Positions 1 through 9,398 of a stretch of DNA of 64,000 bases are shown piece by piece; within the stretch, counting starts at the first letter, position 1; the number at the start of each line of letters is the position of its first letter. The notes beneath the pieces are model-generated. The model saw only the letters and a program-made list of their open reading frames with translations, searched no databases and had not been told where the DNA came from. A program made the position numbers and the translations under genes. The DNA comes from Candidatus Poribacteria bacterium (GTDB taxonomy: Bacteria > Poribacteria > WGA-4E > WGA-3G): contig OZ242029.1 in the NCBI GenBank assembly GCA_965205015.1, positions 4,416,001 to 4,480,000 of the forward strand. The letters are read 5' to 3'.

Positions 1-1698
1 AAGGTGACCGCTGTGGACGAAGAACAGGCGTGGGCAATCGGTGATTCCGGCTACATTTTGCACACCAAAGACGGAGAGACATGGGAGGTCCAAAAAGGCT
101 ATGACTGGATCGGTCTGCACGATGTCCAGTTTCTAAACAGTCAGCGGGGTTGGGCTGTTGGGGATATGGGGGGTATCTTTTATACCAACAACGGTGGTGA
201 AAATTGGATTGAGCAACGGGGTTATATTTTTGAGCTCTTAAAAGGTCTCTGCTTTGTTTCACCGAATGAGGGATGGACGATCGGTTGGCCCGGCAAAATC
301 CTCCACACTGTCGATGGTGGGAAAACATGGGAACCCCAAGAGAGTGGGACATTTAACGAACTCTACTCGATCTATTTCATAGATACCGAACTCGGTTGGA
401 TCTCTGGACAATACGGACTCATCCTTCATACTGCTGATGGGGGTAAAACGTGGAACTCCCAGTATACTCGCACACAGGCGAATCTCAATAAAGTCTTTTT
501 CGCTTCTCCCACAGTAGGAATAGCCGTTGGTGACGAAGGAACGCTCCTCCTCACACAGGACGGCGGGAAGACATGGACACGGGAGGACAGTGGAACGGAC
601 AAAAATCTTAGCGATATCAGTGTCACGGAGGATAAAATATTTGCTGTCGGCGAAGACGGTATCGCTCTCGCCTATACGGTTCCGTCAATATCAAAATATA
701 CACCACGCAAACGATTCTTTGAGGAGACTGAAACCGAGCTGCCGAAGGTAGAGGTTGGATGGGAAATTTTACGCAACGACGGACCCTTCCGCATAATGGG
801 AGTAGAGTCCGGCATAAAACCAGCGGATATTTCCTTTATCAACGCTATTGAAGGATGGGCAGTCGGTAATTCCGGTACGATGCTCCACACCTTAGACGGC
901 GGGAACACGTGGAAAAGCGTTGAATCGCCTGCGGACACGCCTCTAATTGCCGTGCATTTTGTCTCTTCAGAAATCGGTTGGGTACTCACCCAAGACGCGA
1001 GTTTCTTATCCACAACCGACGGCGGCAAAACATGGCAGATTCTGAACGAAACCACTAAGCCCGTGATAAGTACCTACGACGAAGAAAGGCGTCCTATAGA
1101 AGAACCGTGTGAACTTTATACGGCACATTTTCAGGGTTTCGGTGAAGGGTGGGTTGTTGGTAAAGAAGGCGTTATTCTACACAACAAGGACGGAAATACA
1201 ATCTGGAGACATCAGGAAAACGAGACTTCAGCATCCTACCGCGACATCCAGATGGTGGAGGAGCATTACGGTTGGGCTGTTGGGTCGTGGGGAAAGGTTC
1301 TTTGGACGAACAACCAAGGCAATACATGGCATCTACAGACAACCAACACAGGATATGACCTGTACGGTCTATCTTTCCTGAATCGCGTAGAAGGGTGGAC
1401 TGTTGGAAGAGACGGCATCGTTCTCCGAACATCAGACGGTGGTTTGGCGTGGTCTGCAGTCAACACAGGGATAAGCACACACCTCTATGATGTCTCCTTC
1501 ATCAACAAAATGGAAGGCTGGATTGTTGGAGAAGGTGGACTCATCCTGCATACCAGGGACCGTGGAGAAACATGGGTAATCGAGGAATCCGGCACCAGCG
1601 AAGATTTGTACCACGTTGAGCATGTCAAAGGACTTGGTATCGTTGTGCTCGGTGCGAACGGCACTATCCTCAAGCGAAAGATAGAGACGCAATCTTAG
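1..1698 (+). CDS. YCF48/BNR-repeat beta-propeller protein, 5'-truncated by window edge
   Basis: Many repeats of GW-x-VG-x-x-G-x-I-L-x-T-x-D-G-G-x-T-W; frame open to position 1. Confidence 0.9.
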   Translation, partial: KVTAVDEEQAWAIGDSGYILHTKDGETWEVQKGYDWIGLHDVQFLNSQRGWAVGDMGGIFYTNNGGENWIEQRGYIFELLKGLCFVSPNEGWTIGWPGKILHTVDGGKTWEPQESGTFNELYSIYFIDTELGWISGQYGLILHTADGGKTWNSQYTRTQANLNKVFFASPTVGIAVGDEGTLLLTQDGGKTWTREDSGTDKNLSDISVTEDKIFAVGEDGIALAYTVPSISKYTPRKRFFEETETELPKVEVGWEILRNDGPFRIMGVESGIKPADISFINAIEGWAVGNSGTMLHTLDGGNTWKSVESPADTPLIAVHFVSSEIGWVLTQDASFLSTTDGGKTWQILNETTKPVISTYDEERRPIEEPCELYTAHFQGFGEGWVVGKEGVILHNKDGNTIWRHQENETSASYRDIQMVEEHYGWAVGSWGKVLWTNNQGNTWHLQTTNTGYDLYGLSFLNRVEGWTVGRDGIVLRTSDGGLAWSAVNTGISTHLYDVSFINKMEGWIVGEGGLILHTRDRGETWVIEESGTSEDLYHVEHVKGLGIVVLGANGTILKRKIETQS

Positions 1699-1722
1699 AT
1701 TCGATCAGGAGAAGTTTTATTG

Positions 1723-2676
1723 ATGAAACGAATATTATTTCTATTGATGGTACTATTCAACAGTAGTCTGTTGATAATCAACGTTTGGGGCAGCGGTAGG
1801 GTTTCCTTCACCTCCGATAGGGCAGGAAACCTTGACATTTACATCATAAATATAAATGGTAAGAATCTCACCAACTTAACCAATCATCCATCAGACGATT
1901 TCTCACCGACCTGGTCTCCAGACGGTCGCGCTTTTGCCTATGTCTCAAACAGAGACGGGAATCCAGAGATTTACGTAATGGATGTGGATACGAAAGAATC
2001 CCGAAGAATCACAAACCATCGAGCGACTGATGTGGATCCCGCATGGGCCCCGGATGGCAAGTGGATCGCATTCGCATCCAACCAAGCGCGCGACCATGCC
2101 GCCGACACTGACATCTACAGAATGGACGTGAATGGCAAGAAGGTTCAGAGACTCACAAACAAAGGTGGACACAATTCAACGCCCGCATGGTCCCCGGACG
2201 GAGAGTGGATCGCGTTTCGTTCCACGCAAGATGGCATCGGCGGTATCCACGTCATGAACGCTGATGGTGAAAAACAGAGAGCACTCACACAGGTTTCCGC
2301 AACAGGTCCCACTTGGGCTTCCAACGGAAAACAGATTTATTTTTCCAGCGAGAAGCTGGGCGGTGTAAAAATGCCGGCACTGTTCGCAGTGGATGTTGAT
2401 GGAGAAAATCCGAAAAAATTGACAGACGCGGGACACGCTTGTGAAGAACCTGATGGATCCCCCGACGGTCAGTGGATCGCCTATGTATCCGTTCAAGACG
2501 GGAACAAAGACATCTATCTTATCCGTGCGGCGCGGGGTGGTCTCCGAAAATTGACCCAAGATGCGGGACTGGAATTTTCTCCCGCTTGGGTCCCATCTGC
2601 GTTTAGTGTTTCACCGAACGCGAACACACAGATAATGCTCTGGGGAATACTCAAGCGAACAACAAAGAAAAAATAA
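1723..2676 (+). CDS. TolB-like PD40-repeat secreted protein with C-terminal tail motif
   Basis: Signal peptide; repeated P-x-WSPDG-x-x-IAF; ends SVSPNANTQIMLWGILK; AGGAGA RBS. Confidence 0.85.
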   Translation: MKRILFLLMVLFNSSLLIINVWGSGRVSFTSDRAGNLDIYIININGKNLTNLTNHPSDDFSPTWSPDGRAFAYVSNRDGNPEIYVMDVDTKESRRITNHRATDVDPAWAPDGKWIAFASNQARDHAADTDIYRMDVNGKKVQRLTNKGGHNSTPAWSPDGEWIAFRSTQDGIGGIHVMNADGEKQRALTQVSATGPTWASNGKQIYFSSEKLGGVKMPALFAVDVDGENPKKLTDAGHACEEPDGSPDGQWIAYVSVQDGNKDIYLIRAARGGLRKLTQDAGLEFSPAWVPSAFSVSPNANTQIMLWGILKRTTKKK

Positions 2677-2842
2677 TTCACTGTAAACACCCTACAGAAC
2701 CCAAAATGTAGACTGGGTTTCCTACCTTAGTACCTTCCTTAGCTTTGAAAAATTGTCCATAAATTGAACACTAAAGAACATTCTATCGGGTAGAATCACG
2801 AGAAAACTACCTTTAAACCCAATTTTTCACCCGAATTGCCTT

Positions 2843-2857
2843 TGGCATGAAAATTGC
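2843..2857 (+). promoter_or_regulatory. sigma54 (-24/-12) promoter
   Basis: TGGCAT-gaaaa-TTGC with correct GG/GC spacing, intergenic, upstream of 3001. Confidence 0.65.
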
Positions 2858-2914
2858 TCTTATATTATCAAACGCTGCGTAAACTTGGGAGAGCCTGCCT
2901 CCTTGGAAATATAC

Positions 2915-2961
2915 GGAGCGATGCAATAGGCTTTCCTATATCTCAATTGCTGCATCGCTCC
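2915..2961. repeat. Inverted repeat in 5' leader
   Basis: GGAGCGATGCA (2915-2925) / TGCATCGCTCC (2951-2961), perfect 11-bp arms. Confidence 0.55.
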
Positions 2962-3000
2962 TCCTATCAATCGGAAACACTGTGTGTAAGGAGAACAATC

Positions 3001-3393
3001 ATGAACAGATGGAGATGCTTGCTCTTTATACTTGCTTGTTTATCACAGATGGGGTGTGCTGCGCTTCTCACGGAGCAGGAATACATCCTCATCGATCAGG
3101 ATATAGAAGAAAAGATGACTTTCCATGGGGAAATTTATTCGCTGCCAGAGAGAGCGGACATTCGGAAAATTGTGCTTCTCGGTTCTGGAAAAATCCGAAA
3201 CATTGAACTTCACGTGCGTGATAAGAGAAACCGATGGACACCCGCCAAGAAAGTACCGGGCGGAATTCAGTTTCCGTATGAAATCCTACTTATTGCTAAA
3301 ACAGACGCTATCAAAATTATAAAACACTCAATGACTGGAGCCGGTCGCATTGAGAAGGTGCAATTTTACACAATTGCCGATAAAGGAGATTAA
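3001..3393 (+). CDS. Small hypothetical lipoprotein
   Basis: AAGGAGA RBS before ATG 3001; hydrophobic leader with MGC lipobox-like motif. Confidence 0.7.
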   Translation: MNRWRCLLFILACLSQMGCAALLTEQEYILIDQDIEEKMTFHGEIYSLPERADIRKIVLLGSGKIRNIELHVRDKRNRWTPAKKVPGGIQFPYEILLIAKTDAIKIIKHSMTGAGRIEKVQFYTIADKGD

Positions 3394-3395
3394 AA

Positions 3396-4286
3396 ATGAT
3401 ATACCGGCAACTCTTTACATGCCTCCTTCTGCTAACATTGATCGCGCGCAATGGCACAGCATTTCCACCCTCTTCACCCGCGGGTGGAAACTATTTAGCC
3501 CTTGATGGTGTGGACGATTACGCCGTTTTAGACTTTAAAACCTTTGATGTACTCTTACCGAAAGGCACGAATGAGTTCACTGTTGAAGCGTGGGTATACC
3601 CAACGACCCCACCTAATAAGAATACAACAGCAATGATTCTCAGTCAACAGGTACAGATGCGCGTCGTAAGCTATGAGTACGAGGGATACGAGAAGCTGAA
3701 AAAGGCTATTGATTGGCGGAGGGGAGACCTACTTCTGATAGTCGATGGCTACGTTCCGTTCGCAGGAAAAACTGGCAAGGTACCTTTTTTCCCAATCACG
3801 ATTTCTCCGAACCAATGGTATCACATCGTTTATCAGGCGAAAAGAAAACAGACAACGACTATTGTCAATAGTCTTGCACAGACATTGCCGCAAGGAACAA
3901 TTATCGCACATGATCTTTCAACACTCTGGCATCCAAGAGATTTTACACTCGGAGGGTTTGGAAAGAAAGTTGACGTACGCAATGTGGCGAATGCCTTTTT
4001 GGGATCCTTTACAGGATATATTGATGAGGTTCGCATCTCGACCATCGCCCGCTACGATGTCGCTAAAAAGGCTTTCGCACCGCACAGAAGGTTCAAGACT
4101 GACGCAAAAACGGTCGCCTTGTGGCACTTTGATGAACCCGGTGGCATACGAAAATTCTCAGATGCGTCGGGCAACGCATATCATCTGATAGGGAAAGGTG
4201 GCGCAAAAACCGGCATCCCGCTCGCCGTCGAAGCACAAGGAAAACTGGCAACTACATGGGGCGCAATGAAGCAGACGCAGCCATAG
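3396..4286 (+). CDS. Secreted LamG-like jellyroll protein
   Basis: LALDGVDDY, FTVEAWVYP, WYHI, F-x-GYIDEVRIS, LWHFDE; tail AVEAQGKLATTWGAMK. Confidence 0.88.
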   Translation: MIYRQLFTCLLLLTLIARNGTAFPPSSPAGGNYLALDGVDDYAVLDFKTFDVLLPKGTNEFTVEAWVYPTTPPNKNTTAMILSQQVQMRVVSYEYEGYEKLKKAIDWRRGDLLLIVDGYVPFAGKTGKVPFFPITISPNQWYHIVYQAKRKQTTTIVNSLAQTLPQGTIIAHDLSTLWHPRDFTLGGFGKKVDVRNVANAFLGSFTGYIDEVRISTIARYDVAKKAFAPHRRFKTDAKTVALWHFDEPGGIRKFSDASGNAYHLIGKGGAKTGIPLAVEAQGKLATTWGAMKQTQP

Positions 4287-4414
4287 ATTGCAATCCGTCG
4301 GATCGGAAAGTCGGTCCGTTATTGAGACGGGTTCCCCTCTGAGGCATAATGAATTGCGCTACTACGAACCGCTACGCTGAAAATCGAATCGTGACGATTC
4401 ATGGAGCCATTCTG

Positions 4415-6607
4415 ATGATCCGGCACTCCAGCATACTCTTACTAACGCTTCTATCTATTTCGGTGAGTCAACTCGATGCCGCGGAACCGCTGCTCACTAT
4501 CGGCAAGCCGCCACTCGATGACATCGCATACACACCCGATGGGCGTTTTTTGGCAACGTTGTCCATTTCATATTGGATTGAATTGTTAGATGCAGAGACC
4601 TTCGTTCCGGTGCATCACATTGACACGGTTGAGGGAGAACATCTCCGGTTTTCACCCGATGGCGCGCAATTGGCAATTTTCGGAGATAGAGCAAATATTC
4701 AACTCTGGGACGTCGACCCTCCTCGACTGCGGGCTACGATTCCCGTGAAAACGGTGCACGTCACATTTTCACCCGACGGCAAGTATCTCGCCTACACCGT
4801 TCGTGATACTGTCTACCTATGGCACCTCAGAGAAAAGCAAGTGGTTATGGAGTTGACCAATGGAGCGCCGATCACGGCAATCGAATTTCACCCAAACCTC
4901 CCGATTCTTGTCAGTGGTCATCCAGAAGATCCCGTGACATTCTGGAATGTGGACACCGGGCAGATTCAACGACGATTCCCTACGGTTTTACGACATCCGA
5001 AAAAACTCCGGTTCAGTCCTAATGGCGCATTTCTCGGTGTTCTATTGGAACACACAGATGTTTATCTCTTTGAAACCGCCACAGGTGCCTTACGAGAATA
5101 TTTCCATTCTGCTCTTGACTTCGGTTTCTCACCGGATGGCACCTACTTTTTCCTCGGCACAAGCGGCGCGATGCTCCAGCGACTCCACATCCCGACGGGG
5201 GGATGGGATAGCCAGTCCGTTGTTGATAAGCCAACGGAGTTCCGTGGAATGAGACGGGTTAAACGCCTCACTTTCCACCCCAATGGCTCCGAGTTTGCAA
5301 GTCAAATCGATTCTTACCGTATTAGCGTTTGGGACGTTAAGAAATTGTCTCGCCTAAAAACGCTTTCCGGCTGGGAGCAGACTTATACACAGGCTGCTTA
5401 TCTACCGAAGATTAATCGCTTAGTTACGGGCTTCAACACCAACATACTCCATTTCTGGGACACCCGCACCGGTAATCTGTTGAAAACGGTTGAGTTTCAC
5501 TCAAGGCTTTATCAAGTCGTCCCGAGTCCGGACGGACGGTCGGTTGCCCTTGATGTTGAGGCAACAAATCAGATCTGGGACGCGGCGTTAATGGAGCCGC
5601 GTCACGTCTTTCAAATTCGAGGCTATTTAGGAACACAGGCTGTGAATTTTTCGCCTTCTGGGAAGTACCTCGCCTCAAATACCTACCGCGGCACGTTTAT
5701 CTGGGAAGTGGACACCGGAAGACAGGTGAATTTGATTGACACTGACTGGTCAGATTTCTCACTCTTGCTGTTTACACCTGATGAACGGCAGATTGTATTG
5801 ATTCCACCTAACGATGAAGACCTCCAGCCGGCAGGCGATTTCATCGGGTTATGGGACATTCAAACAGGAGAGCGGGTTCGCAGCGTCGACGCGATCGGCC
5901 CACTCCTGTTCGGACGAGACAATTTCTTGCAAGTGCGTGATAGCCAAGAGGCTTTGGAGATTTTTGATATGGCGAGCGACAGGGAACTCAGCCAGATTCC
6001 GAAGCCGATACCGTTTCAACTGATACGCCGCTTTTCCGACATCCAATTCCATCCTACCGGGCGCATGGTTGCCGTTCGTTGGCCTGTGCGGACAACACCT
6101 GATAAACAACGATTTTATGATACCCAAACAGGACAGCGCTTAGCGGTTATGCCAGGGGCAGATTTACGGTTTGCAGGGAAAGGTGAATTTCTGCTCCTCC
6201 ACAACGAAAGTAGCAGTCAATTGGAAATTTACCGAACCCGGGATATAGTGAACGTTCCGGAATCGGCCCGTGTTGAGCCGCAGGCGCGACAGTTGGCACA
6301 ATGGGGTGCTATCAAAAGGAACGCGCTGCTACAAAACTTCCCTAACCCCTTCAATCCAGAAACATGGATTCCGTTCCGTCTTGCAAATGAGAGTCACGTT
6401 ACGATCCAGATTCATAATTTCGCAGGTCAGCTGGTGCGTCGCTTATCCCCTGGAACAATGCCTGCGGGTAACTATTCTTCACAGGCGCAAGCCGTCTATT
6501 GGGATGGACGCAATCAAGTGGGAGAGCCCGTGAGCAGTGGTGTCTATCTCTACACCATCAACGCAGGCAACTTCTCCGCAACCCGTAAAATGCTCATTTG
6601 GAAGTGA
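4415..6607 (+). CDS. WD40-repeat secreted protein with FlgD/T9SS-like C-terminal domain
   Basis: FSPDG WD40 repeats; C-terminal LLQNFPNPFNPETWIPF...YWDGRN...SGVYLY; start moved to ATG 4415 (signal peptide follows). Confidence 0.88.
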   Translation: MIRHSSILLLTLLSISVSQLDAAEPLLTIGKPPLDDIAYTPDGRFLATLSISYWIELLDAETFVPVHHIDTVEGEHLRFSPDGAQLAIFGDRANIQLWDVDPPRLRATIPVKTVHVTFSPDGKYLAYTVRDTVYLWHLREKQVVMELTNGAPITAIEFHPNLPILVSGHPEDPVTFWNVDTGQIQRRFPTVLRHPKKLRFSPNGAFLGVLLEHTDVYLFETATGALREYFHSALDFGFSPDGTYFFLGTSGAMLQRLHIPTGGWDSQSVVDKPTEFRGMRRVKRLTFHPNGSEFASQIDSYRISVWDVKKLSRLKTLSGWEQTYTQAAYLPKINRLVTGFNTNILHFWDTRTGNLLKTVEFHSRLYQVVPSPDGRSVALDVEATNQIWDAALMEPRHVFQIRGYLGTQAVNFSPSGKYLASNTYRGTFIWEVDTGRQVNLIDTDWSDFSLLLFTPDERQIVLIPPNDEDLQPAGDFIGLWDIQTGERVRSVDAIGPLLFGRDNFLQVRDSQEALEIFDMASDRELSQIPKPIPFQLIRRFSDIQFHPTGRMVAVRWPVRTTPDKQRFYDTQTGQRLAVMPGADLRFAGKGEFLLLHNESSSQLEIYRTRDIVNVPESARVEPQARQLAQWGAIKRNALLQNFPNPFNPETWIPFRLANESHVTIQIHNFAGQLVRRLSPGTMPAGNYSSQAQAVYWDGRNQVGEPVSSGVYLYTINAGNFSATRKMLIWK

Positions 6608-6616
6608 GACGGTTTG
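6332..6616 (+). repeat. C-terminal-domain DNA duplicated at 8978-9262
   Basis: Colinear, highly similar sequence with constant 2646-nt offset, including the stop codon and following GAGACGGTTTG. Confidence 0.8.
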
Positions 6617-6787
6617 ATGGCGTCGCAAACCTTTTGACTCATAAGCAAAAATTGGAGTTCCAAATAGGTTCCCTTCAGCATCACGTCTCTGCACCATTTT
6701 GTGCTATTCGGTCCAAGGTATGCCCTATTTTGTGCAGTTCTTCCTGGAATATCGCTAAGAATCCCTCCCAGTGTTGTATTTTCAGAT

Positions 6788-6802
6788 TGGCACGGAATTT
6801 GC
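6788..6802 (+). promoter_or_regulatory. sigma54 promoter
   Basis: TGGCAC-ggaat-TTGC, consensus match about 110 nt upstream of ATG 6914. Confidence 0.8.
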
Positions 6803-6913
6803 CATAGTAAAGTCACATACTTTGAGTATTACGCTTAGGAGTATTGAAGTTCAGCAATTTATCGCTCCTAATCACTGATTCATCCCTATCGTTGCACGCC
6901 CTGGAGGTTTCTC

Positions 6914-9253
6914 ATGAAAACGCGCATCGTCCTTTCAAAACGAAGCTTGCGAGCTTATATTGCAGTCATCAGTGTTATTTGCATCTCCTGCTGTGCTTTT
7001 GCGATGGAACCGATCGGCACAGTTGGGCAACCCTTTCCAGAGAAGCACGCGTTTCTCTCCAATGAAGCGATTGTACGTGTGACCCCAGCACGCATTCAAA
7101 TTATTGATACGAATACCGGCGCGCTTATAGATGAATTCGCCGAACGCGAGTATTGGAGCGACGTCGTACTGAGTCCAGATGCCTCACATTTAGCAATTTT
7201 TACACATGCGCATGATGGAAAGAGTGCTATTGTCAGTATCTGGGATGTCAATGCGCGCGAGCAAATCAGCGAATGGAAAGTCGAATTCCGCATCTATGAT
7301 GTCGCGGCATTTAGTCCAACGGAGCCACTGTTCGCAATCCCTTCTGAGGATGGGATTCATCTCTGGAATTGGAAAACAGGCGAGTCCCTTGGAAAGATGG
7401 TAGGCACACGGCGTCCATTGAAATCGTGTTATTTTTTCGACGGCGGCAGCAGTTGTGTAGGAGATCCGCGTGATCGCACCGCGATTTTTAGTCCCGATGG
7501 TCACTATTTGATCGTCGCCTCCATGCGACCTGACATTGAACTCTGGAATGTTGAGACGCGCCAGTTAGAAGGACACTTTGAGGGACACACAGGAAACTGG
7601 GTTGAAAAGGTCGCTATCAGTCCGGATGGAAGATATATCGCATCGTTCGAGAGGGGACCAACTTCCGTCCACCTGTGGGATGTGGCATCAAGGCAGTTAC
7701 GCTGGAAGGCACAAAGCGGCATTGGCAGGATTTCAGATGTGGTCTTCAGTCCGGATAGTCAACACTTGTATGTTGCGAACGAGACGGCTGGACTGACTTG
7801 GATTGATCCCGGACCCTGGCAAGGGTGGGATGACCGGGTCCGCGTCTGGAACGTCAAATCGGGGCAATACATTGACACGTTTGGCAGTGAGTTCCGCGAA
7901 TTGGAAGAAATAACGCTATCACCGAACGGGAAAATTGCGCTCTTGCACTATTGGGATGCTGTCGTGATGTGGGATATCGAGAAAAAGCGACCCCTGAACG
8001 TGTGGACTGATTTCCTCAGAGATCGGTTCTACAATGTGGTGAAATTGAGTCCTGATGGACGGACCATAGGTGCCACCTCCCGATATTTTATTAAGACATG
8101 GGATGTCGCGTCCCAGCAAATGAAAGGCATCATTTCTGCAGAAAACACCAGGTTTGAAGGGCTCGCAATCTCCCCAGAGGGTCGGAAACTCGCTGTCCAC
8201 AGGGACCGGTGGATGGAGGTCCGCAATCTTCAGACGGGTAACATTGAACTCCAATTCCCACAGCATATTGGGGAGCCTGAAGAAATTGTCTTCAGTACCT
8301 CTGGAAGGTGGATTGCGACAGTGGGGATCTGGCAGTCTCTCTCGATTTTGGACACCCAGAATCCGGAGAAACTCCAGAAACTTACATCAAAAAATGGACC
8401 TGTACCGCTCGATACGCATCAGATCGTCTTTAGTGAAAATGACGCGTATTTCGCTGCTTCCGGCAGAACGGAAGACGATCAAGATTCGATTCAATTATGG
8501 AAACGCGAGGGCGACACTTTCATCTTTCAATATACATGGCAGGTCCCAAAACTGCTTTATAGCTCAATTCCAACGCTCGCTTTTACCTCTCACACAGATG
8601 GTTCAACGGTGTTAGCCGCATCCGAAGAATTGGAACTCCACATCTGGAAACTCTTGTCAGACGGTCCCCAGCTTCTAACAACCTTGGAGGGAGGCTATCA
8701 GCCAGTGCACTTTAGTCCAGATGGTCGCTATCTCTTTGCCCGACGAGACGGTTCCACCCAGGTCTGGGACTGGCAGACAGAAACACCGCTTGAGCATCCG
8801 TCTATTCCAATATATTTTGACATCAGTCGAGATGGATCCGTTCTGCTTTCGGAGACAGTCAGCGGTCAAATCCGCATCTGGGATGGAAGCGCGCTGCTAC
8901 CTTCGCAACCGGTTGCCGTTGAGCCGGGGGATAAACAGATTGTTATACTGGGAGAAGTGAAACGAAATCAACTCCTCCAAAACTTCCCGAACCCTTTCAA
9001 CCCGGAAACCTGGATCCCGTTCCGACTCGCAAATGAAAGCCACGTTACGATCCACATTTATAACGCCACGGGTCAGTTGGTGCGTCGTTTATCCGCGGGG
9101 ACACTGCCTGCAGGCGACTATTTCTCACAGGCACAAGCCGTCTATTGGGATGGACGCAATCAGACCGGCGAACCCGTGAGTAGTGGCGTCTATCTCTACA
9201 CCATCAACGCAGGCAACTTCTCCGCAACCCGCAAAATGCTCATTCGGAAATGA
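6914..9253 (+). CDS. WD40-repeat secreted protein with FlgD/T9SS-like C-terminal domain
   Basis: GGAGG RBS; WD40 repeats; same C-terminal domain as 4415-6607. Confidence 0.9.
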   Translation: MKTRIVLSKRSLRAYIAVISVICISCCAFAMEPIGTVGQPFPEKHAFLSNEAIVRVTPARIQIIDTNTGALIDEFAEREYWSDVVLSPDASHLAIFTHAHDGKSAIVSIWDVNAREQISEWKVEFRIYDVAAFSPTEPLFAIPSEDGIHLWNWKTGESLGKMVGTRRPLKSCYFFDGGSSCVGDPRDRTAIFSPDGHYLIVASMRPDIELWNVETRQLEGHFEGHTGNWVEKVAISPDGRYIASFERGPTSVHLWDVASRQLRWKAQSGIGRISDVVFSPDSQHLYVANETAGLTWIDPGPWQGWDDRVRVWNVKSGQYIDTFGSEFRELEEITLSPNGKIALLHYWDAVVMWDIEKKRPLNVWTDFLRDRFYNVVKLSPDGRTIGATSRYFIKTWDVASQQMKGIISAENTRFEGLAISPEGRKLAVHRDRWMEVRNLQTGNIELQFPQHIGEPEEIVFSTSGRWIATVGIWQSLSILDTQNPEKLQKLTSKNGPVPLDTHQIVFSENDAYFAASGRTEDDQDSIQLWKREGDTFIFQYTWQVPKLLYSSIPTLAFTSHTDGSTVLAASEELELHIWKLLSDGPQLLTTLEGGYQPVHFSPDGRYLFARRDGSTQVWDWQTETPLEHPSIPIYFDISRDGSVLLSETVSGQIRIWDGSALLPSQPVAVEPGDKQIVILGEVKRNQLLQNFPNPFNPETWIPFRLANESHVTIHIYNATGQLVRRLSAGTLPAGDYFSQAQAVYWDGRNQTGEPVSSGVYLYTINAGNFSATRKMLIRK

Positions 9254-9398
9254 GACGGTTTGGTGGAGTTGTAAATTCCTCGATGGATAAGGGGTACACC
9301 TACGCCTGTTTGATTGGCGGAAGATTCACGGTTCTATTCGGAGAATTCACAAATTTGAACACCTTCAATTGATTCGTCCGTAAGGAGGAACACAACGC

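Noticed and set aside
2854-3000. N-terminal extension of ORF 2854-3393
   Set aside because: The TTG start lies in the sigma54 -12 box; RBS and signal peptide point to ATG 3001
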